A stretch of 58,870 bases of DNA from positions 1 to 58,870 of the forward strand of contig CAVISR010000001.1 of assembly GCA_963645405.1 (NCBI GenBank), given 5' to 3'. The position numbers were made by a program, and so were the translations under genes. Position 1 is the stretch's first letter, and every line of letters starts with the position of its first letter. Origin of the DNA: Acutalibacteraceae bacterium (GTDB lineage: Bacteria > Bacteroidota > Bacteroidia > Bacteroidales > Bacteroidaceae). Positions 57,809-58,870 of the stretch are shown one piece after another. The notes under the pieces were generated by a model, which had not been told where the DNA came from, did not search any database, and worked only from the letters and a program-made list of their open reading frames with translations.

Positions 57809-58870
57809 CTATTCCCCTCTGATGATGTCGTATAGTTCGAGGATGTCCTGTGTGTCGAGCATAGTGTCTTTGTTTATGTCTTGCTCTTCGGGGATGAGGT
57901 ACTTGGTTTCCATCGTGCGCATGGTTTCGTAAAGGGTGAGTACGTCTTGTGTGTCGACGTTGCCGTCGTGGTTCGCGTCGCCTACTTTGTTTGTCTCTCC
58001 GTCGATTGCCACTATCTCCTTGAATCTGCACCATGGCTCCTGCTTCTTGTATTCGTCAATCAGTGATGCCGGGACATGTAGCGTTGCCTCGTCTATGTAT
58101 TCATATTTTGGCGAAGCCTCGTAGGTGTAAGTAGTGTTTCCGTTGGTGTCAAAGGTCTCTTTTACGTTCCTTGTGACTGAGAATGCCATTGGGTGGGCTT
58201 GGACGACTTCTTTCCCATAACAATAGACATCGGTGACGGCAGTGTCTACGGCGAATGCTTCTGATGAAATGCTGGTATTGCTTCCCCTCAGATGTATTTC
58301 CTCTACTGATGAACAGCTGCGAAACGCGCGATTTTTAATCTCTTCAATGTTGGTGGGGATGTCAATTGAAGTCAGACTTGTGCATTCAAAAAATGTTTCT
58401 GATTCGATGACTTGTAGCGACCGCGGTATGTCTATGTAATTAAGAAAATTACATTTAGCAAAAGCTGCGGCGCCAATACTGGTGACTTCATCGTACATTT
58501 TGATGCTATGCAACTTATGTGCATGGAACGCTCCCACTTCGATTGTCTTGACGCTGTGGGGTAGAACGACTTCATGCAGTTGATCGTCACATCCATGAAA
58601 TGCACTTTGCCCTATTGTGGTAATTCCTTCGGGTATGGACACATATTTCAGGTTGGTGCATCCTGAACAACAACTATTTGGTATTTTCCTAACGCTGGCA
58701 GGAAAATATATGGTGTGGAGACCTGTGCAACCGGCGAAAGCATAGTCATCCAACGTTTCTACATTCTCGGGAATCGTCGCAACATGTAAATTGTATTTGC
58801 AGTCTGCGAATGCAGAGTTGCCAATCAGTTTCAAGGAAGATGGAATGGTTGGAAAATACAACTCGATACA
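57809..58870 (-). CDS. BspA-type leucine-rich-repeat protein with a C-terminal dockerin type I module (N-terminus lies outside the window)
   Basis: LRR_5-like repeats are present (IGNSAFADC, LDDYAFAGCTGL, IGQSAFHGC, IGAAAFAKC, IESETFFECTSL, IKNRAFRSCSS). The C-terminus carries GDANHDGNVDTQDVLTLYE...DINKDTMLDTQDILELYD. The frame stays open to 58870, and the track start at 58861 is a TTG. Confidence 0.8.
   Translation of the reverse strand, partial: CIELYFPTIPSSLKLIGNSAFADCKYNLHVATIPENVETLDDYAFAGCTGLHTIYFPASVRKIPNSCCSGCTNLKYVSIPEGITTIGQSAFHGCDDQLHEVVLPHSVKTIEVGAFHAHKLHSIKMYDEVTSIGAAAFAKCNFLNYIDIPRSLQVIESETFFECTSLTSIDIPTNIEEIKNRAFRSCSSVEEIHLRGSNTSISSEAFAVDTAVTDVYCYGKEVVQAHPMAFSVTRNVKETFDTNGNTTYTYEASPKYEYIDEATLHVPASLIDEYKKQEPWCRFKEIVAIDGETNKVGDANHDGNVDTQDVLTLYETMRTMETKYLIPEEQDINKDTMLDTQDILELYDIIRGE

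Overview
This is a chromosomal segment from a Bacteroidota genome. It looks Bacteroidales / Prevotella-like, inferred from SusC/SusD genes, TAnnTTTG -7 promoter boxes, gldH, and tuf being absent from the str cluster.

Layout from left to right:
1. About 1.2 kb of ORF-poor, repeat-dense spacer.
2. gldH and a PSP1/RicT-like gene on the minus strand.
3. A DsbD-family reductase and a small DUF3467-like gene.
4. 6.2-24.2 kb: a complete str-S10-spc-alpha ribosomal superoperon, rpsL through rplQ. It includes fusA, secY, map, infA and rpoA. rpmD and rpmJ fall below the ORF-track cutoff and were translated by hand.
5. 24.9-44.2 kb: an eight-gene SusC/SusD locus with a CotH-family protein, three fasciclin (FAS1) lipoproteins and two SusC/SusD pairs. 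I can find no CAZyme or regulator in it. This is the most interesting system in the window.
6. 44.4-51.0 kb: leuA-leuC-leuD-(cimA-like)-leuB. It is preceded by a consensus promoter, a 24-codon Ile/Leu-rich leader ORF and an intrinsic terminator, which together look like a leader-peptide attenuator.
7. An orphan promoter plus terminator pair (candidate sRNA) and GTAC-rich tandem arrays.
8. A minus-strand LptF/G-like - ribBA - aminotransferase operon.
9. A SpmA/SpmB-like membrane protein.
10. A tRNA with a CAU anticodon and an odd T-loop.
11. A BspA-type LRR protein, truncated at the window edge, with a C-terminal dockerin module.

Most of the longer intergenic spacers (about 100 bp or more) carry their own tandem repeat with a 20-29 bp period, mostly 21-23 bp. 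I saw no CRISPR array, rRNA, transposase or integrase. All family names are assigned by reading the translations. No database search was run.
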